Shown piece after piece: positions 50,764 through 62,508 of a stretch of 64,000 bases of DNA (its first letter is position 1; each line of letters starts with the position of its first letter). Source of the stretch: Lama glama. Lineage: Eukaryota. The position numbers and the translations under genes were made by a program. The notes beneath the pieces were generated by a model. It saw only the letters and a list, made by a program, of their open reading frames with translations. It was not told the origin of the DNA and made no database searches. The stretch lies in the NCBI GenBank assembly GCA_028534125.1, contig CM052816.1:4838001-4902000 (forward strand), read 5' to 3'.

Positions 50764-50938
50764 GAATGATGATGATGAAGAAGGAGGAGGGGAAAGGGGA
50801 GGAGGAAGAGGAAAGGGGAGGAAGAAGAGGAGTAGTACAAAGAAGAGGAGGAGGAAGAGGAAGAGGAGGAAGAAGGAGGAGAAGATGAAGACGAAGACGA
50901 AGACGAAGAGAAGAAGAAGGAAGAGGAGGAGGAGCAGC
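50764..50938. repeat. Purine-rich compound trinucleotide repeat (GAT/GAA/GAG/GGA/GAAGAC)
   Basis: Directly visible, immediately after the L1 3' end. Confidence 0.95.
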
Positions 50939-51864
50939 ATAATTTGTTAATAGAAAGGAGCTTTGGGATCAGAGGGTTCAAATCCCAACCCTGTCGTTTA
51001 CCAGGAGGGACCTTGGGTGGGTTTCTTCATATATTTCATCTTACAAAAAGAAGATCATAGTTTGTACCTCCAGGGAGGCTGGGAGGATTAGATGAGAAAT
51101 TGCATGCAGAAGTCAGCACAACATTGGCATTTCCCATGCAGGACCTTCAAGCCCAGGCCACCTCCTTACAACCACAGAAATGGCAAAGGCTTCAAGAAGG
51201 AAGCAAGGATTCTTCAAACTTCCTCATGTAGTACTGATGTAGCAAACCAGGGGGTTCTAAGACTCCAACGCTCACAGTCTGGTGCTCCGCTAGGCAGGAG
51301 GCACTTGTAATCCCATTTAAAGTCCCTGAAAGGCTTCCTCCCAGCCTCTGCTCAATTCAAAGTCTGTCAACTCCTACAGGGTCCTGCAGCTTCATTCGTT
51401 TTAGACAGTCTTTCCTGGTGGCTTGTGTATGAAAAACTCTAGTGCTGCAAATCCTCAGTGTGCGTATGAACAAAAGAAATGCTTTTTGTTCAAACTAAAA
51501 CCTCTGCAGAAATAAGCCAGGGGCGGACGTAGGAGAGCAGCCTGACAGCCAACACAGGTCAAGTGAACAGCCCAACAGTAGTAACAGGATTCTGTGAACA
51601 GTTGGTGGCACCGTAACTCTCCCACGTGCCCCCAAATAAGCAAAGCCCCAAACCAAGCGTCCCACAGACCAGACGACAGCAGGCTGGGAAATGCTGCCTG
51701 CAAGTCAGTCCACAGGCTTTGTTCTGTTTTCCAAATCATCTAGCACAGAGACGTGGGCCATACTGGACCTTCGTTATGAAAGCCACTTCTAAGTAGTTTT
51801 GACAATTCATGAGTGTTGAATATTGTGGTTTATGACCTCTACCACGGAGAAGTTTGAAGCTGTC

Positions 51865-52080
51865 CAGAAAGGCAAATCTACAGACTAGTGGTTGCCTAGG
51901 GCTGGGGGTATCAATGGGGAGTGAGTGTCAATAAGCACGAGGTTTCTTTCTGGGGTGATGGGAATGGTCTAAAATTAGATTGCTGTTGGTGGTTGCACAA
52001 CTCTGTAAATATATGAAAATCACTGAATAGTATATTAAATAGGTGAATTTTATGATATGAAAGTATCTCAATAAAGTGTC
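51865..52080 (+). mobile_element. L1MB-type 3' end
   Basis: gtccagaaaggcaaatctacagactagtggttgcctagggctggggg...ggtggttgcacaactctgtaaata...tatctcaataaag. Confidence 0.88.
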
Positions 52081-52099
52081 AGAGACAGAAAATGGATGG

Positions 52100-52108
52100 T
52101 TGATAAGA

Positions 52109-52144
<36 letters not shown>

Positions 52145-52230
52145 AAGAAAGAAAGAGAGAGAGAAAAAGAAACAGAGAGATGGAAAGACGCATGGATAGA
52201 CAGACGATAGAAAGAGAGAGACTGAGAGAC
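52100..52230. repeat. Compound (GATA)n(GACA)n(GAAA)n(GA)n microsatellite
   Basis: Directly visible, derived from the L1 tail region. Confidence 0.95.
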
Positions 52231-53041
52231 TAAAGCCCAGGAAACGGTCTTTTCTGAGGGCTCCTGACCAGCCCTCACCAAACTCTCACAGTGCTTTTCC
52301 TGGTTTGGTTTTGGTCTGATCGCTGAATTAAACCGACTCTGTAGAAGAAAACAGAGAGTTTCTTCCTTCCTCACCTTTTTGGTTGCTTTGAAAACAGAGA
52401 GCATACGTAAATTACTAAGAGTGGTACTTAATTTGATCCTCTCTGCATTGTAACAATTAAACTGTTCCTGACTTCTGGTTCAAGCAAGAGAGAAAGTGAG
52501 TGAGAGAGACAGAGACAGAACGAGATCATCCCAAGTGAAAGGAACAGCATGAACAGGTGTTCTCAAGCAGGAAGGTATCTGGCACGTGCGAGAACTGGGA
52601 GAACCACTGTTCTGGTCTGAGCAAGAGGTAGCAGAGGAGAGTGAAGAGAACAGAAAAGCCAGGTCACACAGGGCTTCTGTGGCCGTGGTACGGAGCAAGT
52701 TGCTTTCAACTCTGTAAAATGAGCTTACTCTATTGGCCCTTCAAGTTATTCATGTTTTGGTGAAGAAATAAAAGACAAAATATAGAGAAATGATACATAT
52801 TTCATGTTTTCTAATGTGCTGCCCCACACATTCTCCCATTTGCTCTGCCCAACAACACACTCAGAGGAAACAGTTTTATGAACTTCAGTTATCAGATGAG
52901 GAAACTGTCACACAGTAGTTAAACTGACTTGCCCAAGTTGTCACAGCTATTAACACGGAACCTAGGAATTGTTTTTAGCTTATGAAGAAATTTTCCCCAT
53001 TTTCAAAATTGGTTTACCAATATCCACCTTACCAATCTTCC

Positions 53042-53640
53042 TGTATCAGTTATCCATCTCAGCATAACAAAGCTTAGTAGGTTAAAAACAACACTTAATA
53101 TTGCCCAGGAATCTATGGAACAGCTGGGTGATTCTGATGATCTAGACCAGACTCAGCCAGTCTTCACTGGGCTTGCTCATTTGTCTGCAGTCACCTAGCT
53201 GGTCAGCTGGGATCCGGTTGGTCTCATGAACACGTCAAGCAACAAGCTGACTGGTGGCTGGGGCAAAGGAAGTGATTGGGCCACATACCTTTCATCATAT
53301 CATATAGCATAGCATAGCATAGCATAGCATAGCATAGCATAGCATAGCATAGCATAGCATAGCACAGCAATAGGTTAGTTGAGGCTTTTTTACAGGGTAA
53401 CAGTAAGGTTCCAAGAGAGCAAGTGGAAACATGCAGTGTTTCTTGAGACCTAGACTTAAACCTGTCACCCACCTGTTCTGCTGCATTCCATTGGCTAAAG
53501 AAAGTAACAAGTCCCAGCCAGAACCAAAGGGAAGAGAAACAGATTTTACCTCTTAATGGGAAGATGTACACAGACACACTGCAAGGCCCTGAGTAGAGGG
53601 AGGAATGAAGGATTATTGCCATGTTTGCAATTGACTAATA
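53042..53640 (-). mobile_element. MLT1G/H-type MaLR LTR containing (ATAGC)12 at 53304-53363
   Basis: tgtatcagttatc...aaagcttagtaggttaaaaacaacac...tgggcttgctcatttgtctgcagtca...ccattggctaaagaaagtaacaag. Confidence 0.78.
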
Positions 53641-53924
53641 TCCCATTCCCACAAATAAAAAGAAATAAATTACCCCCAAATGACTAATGATCAGGAATTG
53701 TTCCCAGAGCCTCACTGTCCTCTCTGGTCACTGCCAGGTATCCACAAACGCCACTGGTCATGAGGAAGGAAGGAGAGAATTTTTATCTGTTCATCAGTTT
53801 TCCTGCCCCTCCCCACACCTCTTCCTTAGAGTCTTCTTCAGGGCTTTTGGTGCTCTTCACACTGGCCATAGCTCCCCAGATGGATGGACCAGGTGAAGAC
53901 TTCACCCAGCCCAGCCAAAGACAC

Positions 53925-54368
53925 TGTATTCATTTCCTAGGGATGCTATCATAAAGCACCACAACCAGGTGGCTGGAAACAACAGAAATTTATTCTCTCA
54001 CAGGTCTGGAGGCTTAAAGTCCGAAATGAAAGTATCAACAGGATTGGTTCCTATTGTACATTCTAGGAAAAATTTGTCCCATGCTTCTCTCCTAGCTTCT
54101 GGTGGCTCCTGGCAATCCTTGGTGTCCCTTGGCTTGTGGCAATAGAACTCCAGTCTTTGCTTCTGTTCCCACATGGCATTCCCTCCTGTGTCTATGTCTC
54201 CTCTGTTTCATCTCATAAGGACCTTACTCATTGGATTAGGGTGCAACTTAATCGAGTATGACCCCTTTTTAATGAATTACATATGCAAAAACCATAGTTT
54301 CAAATAAGGTCACATTCTGAGGTTCCAGGTCAACATGCATTTTGGGAGATAATATCCAACCCAGTACA
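53925..54368 (-). mobile_element. MLT1B/C-type MaLR solo LTR
   Basis: tgtattcatttcctagggatgct...aacaacagaaatttattctctcacag...caaataaggtcacattctgaggttcc...ccagtaca. Confidence 0.88.
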
Positions 54369-55224
54369 GGGATTCTCTGCCCAAGGTATTTGGAATCGAG
54401 ACTTGGAAATAACTATTTGTCTTTGTTGATTCTTGAACAGAAAAGACGTGTAAGGAGCTGAAATAGCCATGTTCCTCCAAGTACATAAAACAGAGAAAGT
54501 CAGTTTACAGAGAGGAAAAGAATGAAGCAGATCTTTAGAGAGAAGCAGAGATGACAAAACATGCTGAGATGGACAGACAAAGAGACAGGGACACTCCATC
54601 TTGGTTTCAGAGCCCTGGCTCTGTCCCTCATGGGACCAGTTTGTACCTCCCACCCTTGAACTCCAAGAGATACTTCTATTTCCCTGCAATAAACTTCTCT
54701 CTTTGGTGTAAGTTAGCATGAATGGATTCTGTTTATTGCAACCTAAAGATTTCCATCAAGGAAGAGATGACTTCATTGTCCTGCCAAGGTGCTTTGGTGG
54801 CCAGCCTGGCTGGGGCTGCAGGAAGGTGCCAATCATGAAACGGGAAGTCTTGCGCTGGATGTTGCTGTTGTCTCTGTTCATTGCACAATGTTACACACGG
54901 TGGTTACGTTTCCAGGGCAGCCCCATAAAACCTCTTTAATTTTACAATGCTACTAGCATGCTAACTCAGTTACAGAACAAGGACATAAATAGGTAAATGT
55001 ACAAAACTGCATCCAAGTACGTCCAGTAGATTCATAAAGTCTCTTTTAGAACCTGCCAAAATTAGGGATGGCTTCCCTCCCTAGTCAAATCATTCTTTGT
55101 TTTGCTTTTAACTTTTCAAGAAACAGAGACAGAAACTGCTCAAAGTGTTTTCTCTCTTCTTTTAATCTCACTTAACTGCAGTGTTCAGTGATATAAGATG
55201 TAATGGACAATTTGGCCACTCAGT

Positions 55225-55695
55225 ATCTTGTGAACATAAGCCCATCATCTCTAAGGAAGAAGCCAGAACACACTCCACCCTCCCTTGCAGCTCAAGCGTA
55301 AGTGAGTGACCTAGCTTTGCCAATCAGATACGAGGAAGCCTTCAGTTTGGAAAGGAAGCACATGGGAACGCAGACACTATGCCAAATCTGTATTTTACTG
55401 AGTGAAGTAGGGAAGGTACCTAGAGCAGGGGACATTCGGGGCAAGCCTCTGCCCCTCACATCGTCAGTCAGTGAAAGCGCCAGTACCTACGCTGAGGGCA
55501 GTGCTGTTCTCATCGCAGTACTCCTACAGCGTGATTTGGGCTCTGTTTCTAAATAAACAGACAGTCTCAAGCTTCATCTACGGCCTTCTCTGAGATTCTG
55601 TGAGCCTCCTACGTCCTTGAATAATGGATTCCTTCCTTGAGTAAACCAACAAAAGTGGATTCTGAGCTTGCAACTAAGAATCCTGACTGAAAAGA
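55225..55695 (+). mobile_element. ERVL LTR (LTR33/LTR16-like)
   Basis: cctcccttgcagct...gtgacctagctttgccaatcaga...gtggattctgagcttgcaactaagaatcctgactga. Confidence 0.65.
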
Positions 55696-56589
55696 TATTT
55701 CTGGTATCGTTCCTACCTTCTACCTGAAAGTAGGATTTTTCCACCATCGAGACTCTCCTAAGCACTTGAGCACACCTGCCTCACGTAGCTGTGGATGCAG
55801 GTGACAGGACTTCTCTGATCCCTTTCATCGTTTGCCTCTTAAAAGCAACTTAGAATCCCTGGTGGCCTCTCCCAGCAAAACTGAAAGACATGTTTTTCAT
55901 CATATGTCGTAAACACATAAACACAAATAAGCGTAATTTCTAAATAATGGGGCACTAAACAACGATTTTTCATAAACTATGGAATCTATTCCCTATTGCA
56001 AGAATGTAGCCTACCTTTTATGAGAGGCACCAAGACCTTAGCACATTTTGCTTGATGACAGTTGTCACAGTCTCCCAAACTCATCTGGTATCACCTTCCA
56101 GGGACAGGTGTTTCAGGTTCCACAGAGTATCTTTCCAAGGGTCTTCCACAACTCAGTCCATTTGTGCATTTTTTCCCTGTGAATTTTAACACATTTCTGA
56201 TCGTGCAACTACACTGAGTAAAATTCAGGTCATTCTGTACTGACTTGGGGGAAAAGTTGAAATGCGCTAGCATGATACGTTAAGGCCAAACAACGCCTGT
56301 CTCTCCAGCCCATGTCTTGCTATGCTTTAAAGCTGTACTCCTGGTCGCCAACGTCCCATTCCCAGTCATACTCCACTACTTATGGTTCATTCACTGAATG
56401 GGATATAGTGTTCTTTGTTTCTACAGCCTTGCTTACATGGCTCCATCTGCCAAGAGCTACCATCTCTATTTTGCCCAAATGATAAATACTTTTCCTTTTA
56501 TCAATACCCTGCACCAGGGCCAATTACTCTAGAGTATCTGCATATTCACATATGGATTTCATTTGATAATAATTCGTTCATTTGTAAGT

Positions 56590-57440
56590 TAACAAAATAT
56601 TCAAACTGGCTTTAAATGGAACAATCTGAACAGGTACTTCACAAAAGAAGATTTACAAGTGACCAATCAGCACATGAAAATGTCTTCAGTATCACAGTCA
56701 AAAAAGAAATGCAAATTAAAACCACAATGAGATACCACTTGAATTCACTAGAATGGTTAAAATCTTAAGAACTGACAACAACGAATGTTGGCTAGGATAT
56801 GGACAAGCTGGTACTCTCAAAAGTTGCTGATGGGAGTGTAAAATGGTATAGGAACTTTGAAGATCTGTTTGCCACTTTCTTCTAAAATTAAACGTACATC
56901 TATCTATGACCCAGCAATCCCATCCCTGGATATTTATCCAAGAGAAAAGAAAATATAAGTCCACAAAAAGACTCATACGAGAACAGTCATGGCAGCCTTA
57001 TTCATAAAAATGGAAAATGGAAATAATCCAAATACCCACCAATAGGAAAATGACAATCAAATTGTTATATATTCATACAACTGAATGCTACTCAGCCACA
57101 TAAAAGAACCTCTAATATATGTAGCAGCATGGATAAATCTCAAAAACACTGTACAGAGCAAAAAATGCCATATCAGAAAGTAAAGACTGTGTGATTCCAT
57201 TCATGTAAAACTCTGAAAGAGGAAAACATATTCTACAGTGACAGAAGTCAGAAAGTGGCAGCCAGGGAAGGGGCAGGGGGAAGATTAACTGGAAAAGGAC
57301 ACAAGGGATGCCCCTCTGAAGTGACAGAAATATTTCCTATGTTGTTTTGGATGGTGGCTGTTCAAGTTATTTATTTGTAGAAACTCATTAATTAGAATAT
57401 TTAATGTGTAGTTGTTAATGTAAAGTATACTTTAAAATAA
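56590..57440 (+). mobile_element. L1ME/MB-type ORF2 C-terminus plus 3' UTR
   Basis: aaatgcaaattaaaaccacaatgagatacca...tatgacccagcaatcccatccctggatatttatccaagagaaa. Confidence 0.88.
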
Positions 57441-58221
57441 ACTGGCTTTCAAATTTAAAAATGAATTATCTCCTTAGATCCATACATGTACGCACACAAC
57501 ATTCTTTCTTTAATTTCTGTGTATCCCGAGACCCCAGAAGTTAACACAATCTGAATTAAGAACTCCTGGACAAAATGACTTCTAAGGGCTTTCCAATAGC
57601 TCACATTCTCTGAATTCTCTGAAGAAAAAAACAATTCTGGAATCACAACGCAATCACAAAGTCAATGGGGAAGAAGAAAGAGTCCCCGAATTCCACTGAT
57701 TCACATTTCACCGATAACATAAACCACGAAACATACACATAATCGTCCTCGGAAGTTAACTGCAAAGATTAATGTCTTTATTCTGGCCCTGGGGAGCAGA
57801 GGTGGAAGTCAGGGAACTCACTGTAAAGGACAGCATGGACTGGAGACGGCTGCCAGCCAGGGGAGATGCAGCATGAAACAGACGTCCTGGTTCAGGGCCT
57901 CTGTTCTATCATTAACAAGCTGAAACCTAGACGCCTTCTTGGAATCAATCAGGCCAACTGCCTCATTTCAAAGATGAGCATCCTGAGGTCTGGAGAAAGG
58001 GATTGGCTGGCTCAAGTTCAAGTAGTAAGCAAGTAGCAGAGCCTGAGTTAGAACCCCGCCTTAGCAAACCCAGTTCGCGTGGGCCCTGTTGTTTTGTTTG
58101 GCTGGTGTCTTGTCTGTTTTCTAGGACTTTCTCCTTCATCCCATTACACACAGGGTGGTAGCAGAGCTGCTATATCTATTCAAAATAGCCCACACCACCT
58201 GGCCTACGGTTTATGGATCTT

Positions 58222-58290
58222 GAGGGAGGGGGGAGGGGGAGAGGGGGAATGAGGGAGAGGAGGGGGAGGCGAGAGGGAGGAGGGAAGAAA
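58222..58290 (+). repeat. G-rich polypurine tract (potential G-quadruplex/H-DNA)
   Basis: gagggaggggggagggggagagggggaatgagggagaggagggggaggcgagagggaggaggg contains more than four G3+ runs. Confidence 0.8.
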
Positions 58291-58344
58291 GATCCCATCT
58301 GCTTTCATTTATTTATTTATTTATTTTCTTGTTAGAAGCTGGTC

Positions 58345-58490
58345 TTTTGAAGTTAATTTTTGTTATTATTTTTTATTCAGGCATAGTGACGTATGAGTTT
58401 CAGGTATACAACACAGTGATTCACAATTTTTAAAGACTGTATTCCATTTATAGTTATTATAAAGTATCAGTTATATTCCTTGTGTTGTCC
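58345..58490 (-). mobile_element. L1 3' terminus
   Basis: gagtttcaggtatacaacacagtgattcacaatttttaaagactgtattccatttatagttattataaa. Confidence 0.75.
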
Positions 58491-58660
58491 ATCCGCTTTT
58501 AGATGCTTGTACCAGGAGCTGCTGGCAATGGCCATTATTTGTCCCAAGGTCTGAAAAATCCATGAGTCAGAGATGCCCAAGGACTAGAGCTGCTAATCAG
58601 CATACAGATTATTTCCATAGAGCTTCTGCGAGTTCAGAGAATATTCAAGAAGGTATTTAG

Positions 58661-59646
58661 TAGAACAAAGTAGAAAAAAACATAGGGAATATGCTCTCTG
58701 ACATCAGTCTTAGTAATATTTTTTCGGATGTGTCTCCTCGGGTAAGGGAACATACAGAAAAATAAACAAATGGGACTACAACAAATGAAAAGGCCTTTGT
58801 ACAGCCAAGGAAACCCAACAAAATGAAAAAGCCACCTACTGAATGGGAAAAGGTGCTTCCAAACAATACGTTTAATAAGGGGTTAACATTCAAAATATAC
58901 AGAGAACTCATACTGAACATCAAAAGAACAAACAACCCAATTTTAAAATGGGCAGAGGATCTGAACAGACATTTTTCCAAGGAAGATATATACAGGGGAA
59001 GGGGGTGGGGAAAGGAAAGAAACAGGTGAGGGAGACTGAGGTAGAAACCTGCAGATGCAAAATAAATGAGTCACAGGTATGAAATGCACAGTGTGGGGAA
59101 TACAATCAATGATTAAATAATATCATTCTGTGGTGACATATCATAGCCAGACTTACCGTGGTCTACTGAACATTCTGAAATGCACAGAAATAGCAAATCG
59201 CTATGCTGTATAACAGGAAACAAAATAGTATTGTAGGTCACTTAGACTTCAAAACCAAACAAACAAGCTCAAAGAAAGAGATCAGATTTGTGGTTACCAG
59301 AGGGGAGTTGGGGCAAGGGGACTTGTGTGAGGCAGTCAAAAGACACAAACTTCCAGTTATAAGACAAGTCCCAGGGATACAAAGCACATGATAAATATAA
59401 TTAACCCTGCATGTGTTACATATGAAAGTTGTTAAGAGAGTAAATCTTAAGAGTGCTCATCATAAGAAAAAGACTTTTTTCTATTTCTTTAATTTTGTAC
59501 CTATATGAGACGATGAATGTTCACTAAATTTACTGTGATAGTCACTTCATGATGTATACAAATCAAATCATTATGCTGCATACGTTAAACTTACACAGTG
59601 TTGTATGTCAATTATATCTCAATAAAATTGGAAAAAAGGAAAAAAA
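58661..59646 (+). mobile_element. L1 ORF2 fragment joined by an internal deletion to a bipartite 3' UTR
   Basis: Peptide [28 protein letters not shown]...[20 protein letters not shown], then a jump at about 58995 to 3' UTR ending tgtcaattatatctcaataaaattggaaaaaa. Confidence 0.88.
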
Positions 59647-60793
59647 TTAGAAGGTGTCTAAACAACCTGATTGGCACATCTGTCATCCAATCAGAACAAG
59701 AACAGGCAACAGCTCTAGAGGAGTGTTCTGGAGGACTTCACTGTGTTTGGCATTAACCTTTTAGTTGTGGGTCATGGGGAGGGACAGGGACGTGGTCTTC
59801 GAGGGGGGCCAGGACAGCAGGAGTCCTGGAGAGGGATCAGGTAGGTCTCAGGGCAGCATCAATTACCAACCGTATGGATGTAACTCAGTATTTTAACAAA
59901 CATTATGGTCATACCAGTGTACAGTACCACCCAGAGACCAGCAAAAAGGGGCCCTGCTCTGGCCCCAGCATTTTAGAAGAGCTCACATGTCTGAAAAAAA
60001 AATAATTCCTTAAAGAACACTTGGGCATCTTTGCCCATCAGTGTCCAACACTAGCAAGCATGGCCCATCCCCTAAACACCTGCTGTGGAGACCAACACCA
60101 GGGAAGCAGCTCTGCTCCATCCTTGAACAGATAACTGGGACAGAATGCCATGAAGGTTTGTGGGTCATGACTCTGCTGACATCAAAGACAGATGCAGAGT
60201 GCAACAGGGTCTGTGTGGTGGGAGTGCTTAGGTCAGAGAAAAGACTGATTAATTAACTTGTCACATCTTTCCAGAAACATAGCATGAATACGACAGACTC
60301 TTGAATAATGAAGTATAATTTCCCAGGAGTGCTGAGTGTCCATTTTTTTGGCTTCTCTTGTGTCCCAACATATTATTCACAGATCAGCATGGTATTCATG
60401 ACTGCACATGGTGGCTAAGGAGTCTCTGCCATATTAAACAATCCATCTGTACGAACCGTCACGAAAAGACAGCCAAAATGTCTTAAGTAAAAAAAGAGGG
60501 TGCAGTAGAGTATGTACATTATGCTCCCACCCAGGTGGGTTTTTTTAAGTTCATATACAGAGAGATATGAATTTGTACAATCACAGTACATTTCTGGACT
60601 TTCTGTCTGGAATTTTCTCTTTCTGGGGGTCCACTGAGAGGGCATTTTACGCTATTTGATGCTCTTCTAGTGCTTGAATGTTTTTACTGTTCATAGATTA
60701 CTTTTTCAATTTCAAAAGCCAGTATTTAATAAAAAGGAAATTTCTTATACACTCAGTGAATTGTATTTTCTTTTTTGCTTATCTATTTTCTCT

Positions 60794-60940
60794 TTTAACT
60801 GAAATATAGTTGATTGTTTTAGTTTCTGGTGGACAGCATAGTGAGTCAATTGTACATATATACGTTCTTTTTCATGATAGGTTATTATAAGGTATTGAAT
60901 ATAGTTCCCTGTGCTATACAGTAGGACCTTGTTGTTTATT
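60794..60940 (-). mobile_element. Short artiodactyl L1 3' end
   Basis: ggttattataaggtattgaatatagttccctgtgctatacagtaggaccttgttgtttat; TSD-like ttatctattttct on both sides. Confidence 0.85.
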
Positions 60941-61129
60941 TTTTATCTATTTTCTAATTTTTTTACAGCAAGCATGTATTATTTAGTAACTTCTAAATAA
61001 TTCACTTCTAGTGAATTCACAAAAGTTATAAAAGTTATAATCACTAGTCACTTTTTGTCAATAATTAGCCCCATGTGCTTCCTTTCTCTGTAGCTGAGAA
61101 CATAGGTTTCTGATTATGCTGGAGAATGA

Positions 61130-62300
61130 AGCCACCGTGCAGGGTGTGTGTGTGAGAGAGAGAGGCAGAGACAGAGAACAATCACAACGGCTACCACAAT
61201 CTCCCCGTAGTAAACCCAGGAAAGCGGCAAAGATAACACCTGGAGAAAAATGTTTCCTTCTAGGGGATATCCAGAGAATCTTCCCGGCATCACTCGTCCG
61301 GAAATCACAACACCCACCCAACCCCGCTCAGGGAGCAGGACTGACAGGAGCGGAGGCTGCAAAAGAACACATGCCCAGCAGCAGGTGCGAGGTTCTCACC
61401 AGCCCCGCGGACGGACGGCACAGGCCGCTCACACGGGCCGCTCACACAGGCCGGCTTGCTCCCCCTGCCTCTGCCTAAGCTTCCCAGTCATTCCGGCCCC
61501 CGGCTTTGTACACAAGCCGTCCAAAACTCTGAAACCAAAGAAAAAAGTCTTCACAGTCCTGAGTTGCATACCTCCAGCTCCAAATCCCTCAGCCTTCTCT
61601 TTTTAAAAAAAATGCCTATTAGCGCCATTTCATTTCATCTCATTCTAAAATCCACTAATTCATTTGGGGAACTAGCTGTTCCATTTTGCTATGTCCCAGA
61701 GTTTCAATTATGGAAGCCCCATTAGTTGAACAGAACTTTATTCCAACAAGGAGAATCAATAGGGATGAAGGGGGCGAGGAGGAGCAAGACAAAGAGAGAC
61801 AGAAGGAAACAGAGAGACAGAGACCAGGAGTCCAACCAATCGATGTGGAGAGGGAGGAGCTAGAAACACAGAGAAAGGATGAGTTCTTCAAAACCCAAAG
61901 GCCAAAGCAGAGCCCAGGAAGGTTTTTAGCACAATCCTGGTTGTTTTCCAAATTCAGACTTGGTGAAAGGGCCCCGGCACGTCTTACTTCCTTCATCACA
62001 GATAAGAATGGGAAGTGGTGCTCCTTTTTCCTGAAGTTCCAAGACCCTACGGGCAGGAGTGACCTTCCAGCGTGCGCAGCCATTACCTTAAAGGCCTCAG
62101 CAGCCGGCAGCCTTCAGAATCAGCAATAATGGGGATTCTCTGTGCACTTAAGGTAAGCCACAAAAGTTTAAGCGTAAACAGATGACATTGGGGGGAAGAA
62201 GCGCGGGGAGGTGGTTCATAGGGCGTGGGGGGTGGGGAATCCTGGGAATGCGTTCAAAGGAAACACACTTAATTGCCATGAACTTTCAAGTCATCAGCTC
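61130..62300. promoter_or_regulatory. CpG-enriched, repeat-free putative promoter/enhancer
   Basis: Local CpG excess (e.g. ccccgcggacggacggc, cgtgcgc, gcgcgggg); ETS CCGGAA, GATA AGATAA, forkhead GTAAACA, KLF/SP GGGCGTGG, TEAD GGAATG; splice donors on both strands. Confidence 0.5.
61400..61528 (-). other. Candidate non-coding/5' UTR exon (129 bp)
   Basis: Acceptor cttttttctttggtttcag|AGTTTTGG and donor GGGCTG|gtgaga; stop codons in all three frames. Confidence 0.4.
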
Positions 62301-62475
62301 TTCTTAAAAGAATGCTCTGTTGCTGGGTCATTTATATGTGTCTTGGGTACAACTTCACTACTCAGGAAATACGTGTACAGTGTTCAGTCACATCAGTTCT
62401 GGTGGCAGTGGAATGCTTAAGATATGTGAGCAGAAGGCTCTTTTCTGGAATATTCTATTGCAATGCAAAACACTA

Positions 62476-62476
62476 C

Positions 62477-62507
<31 letters not shown>

Positions 62508-62508
62508 T
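62476..62508. repeat. (CA)n microsatellite
   Basis: Directly visible, one interruption. Confidence 0.97.

Noticed and set aside
61655..62129. Overlapping 142-aa and 147-aa ORFs on opposite strands
   Set aside because: Driven by purine-rich low-complexity sequence; no recognisable domain; the region looks regulatory rather than coding.
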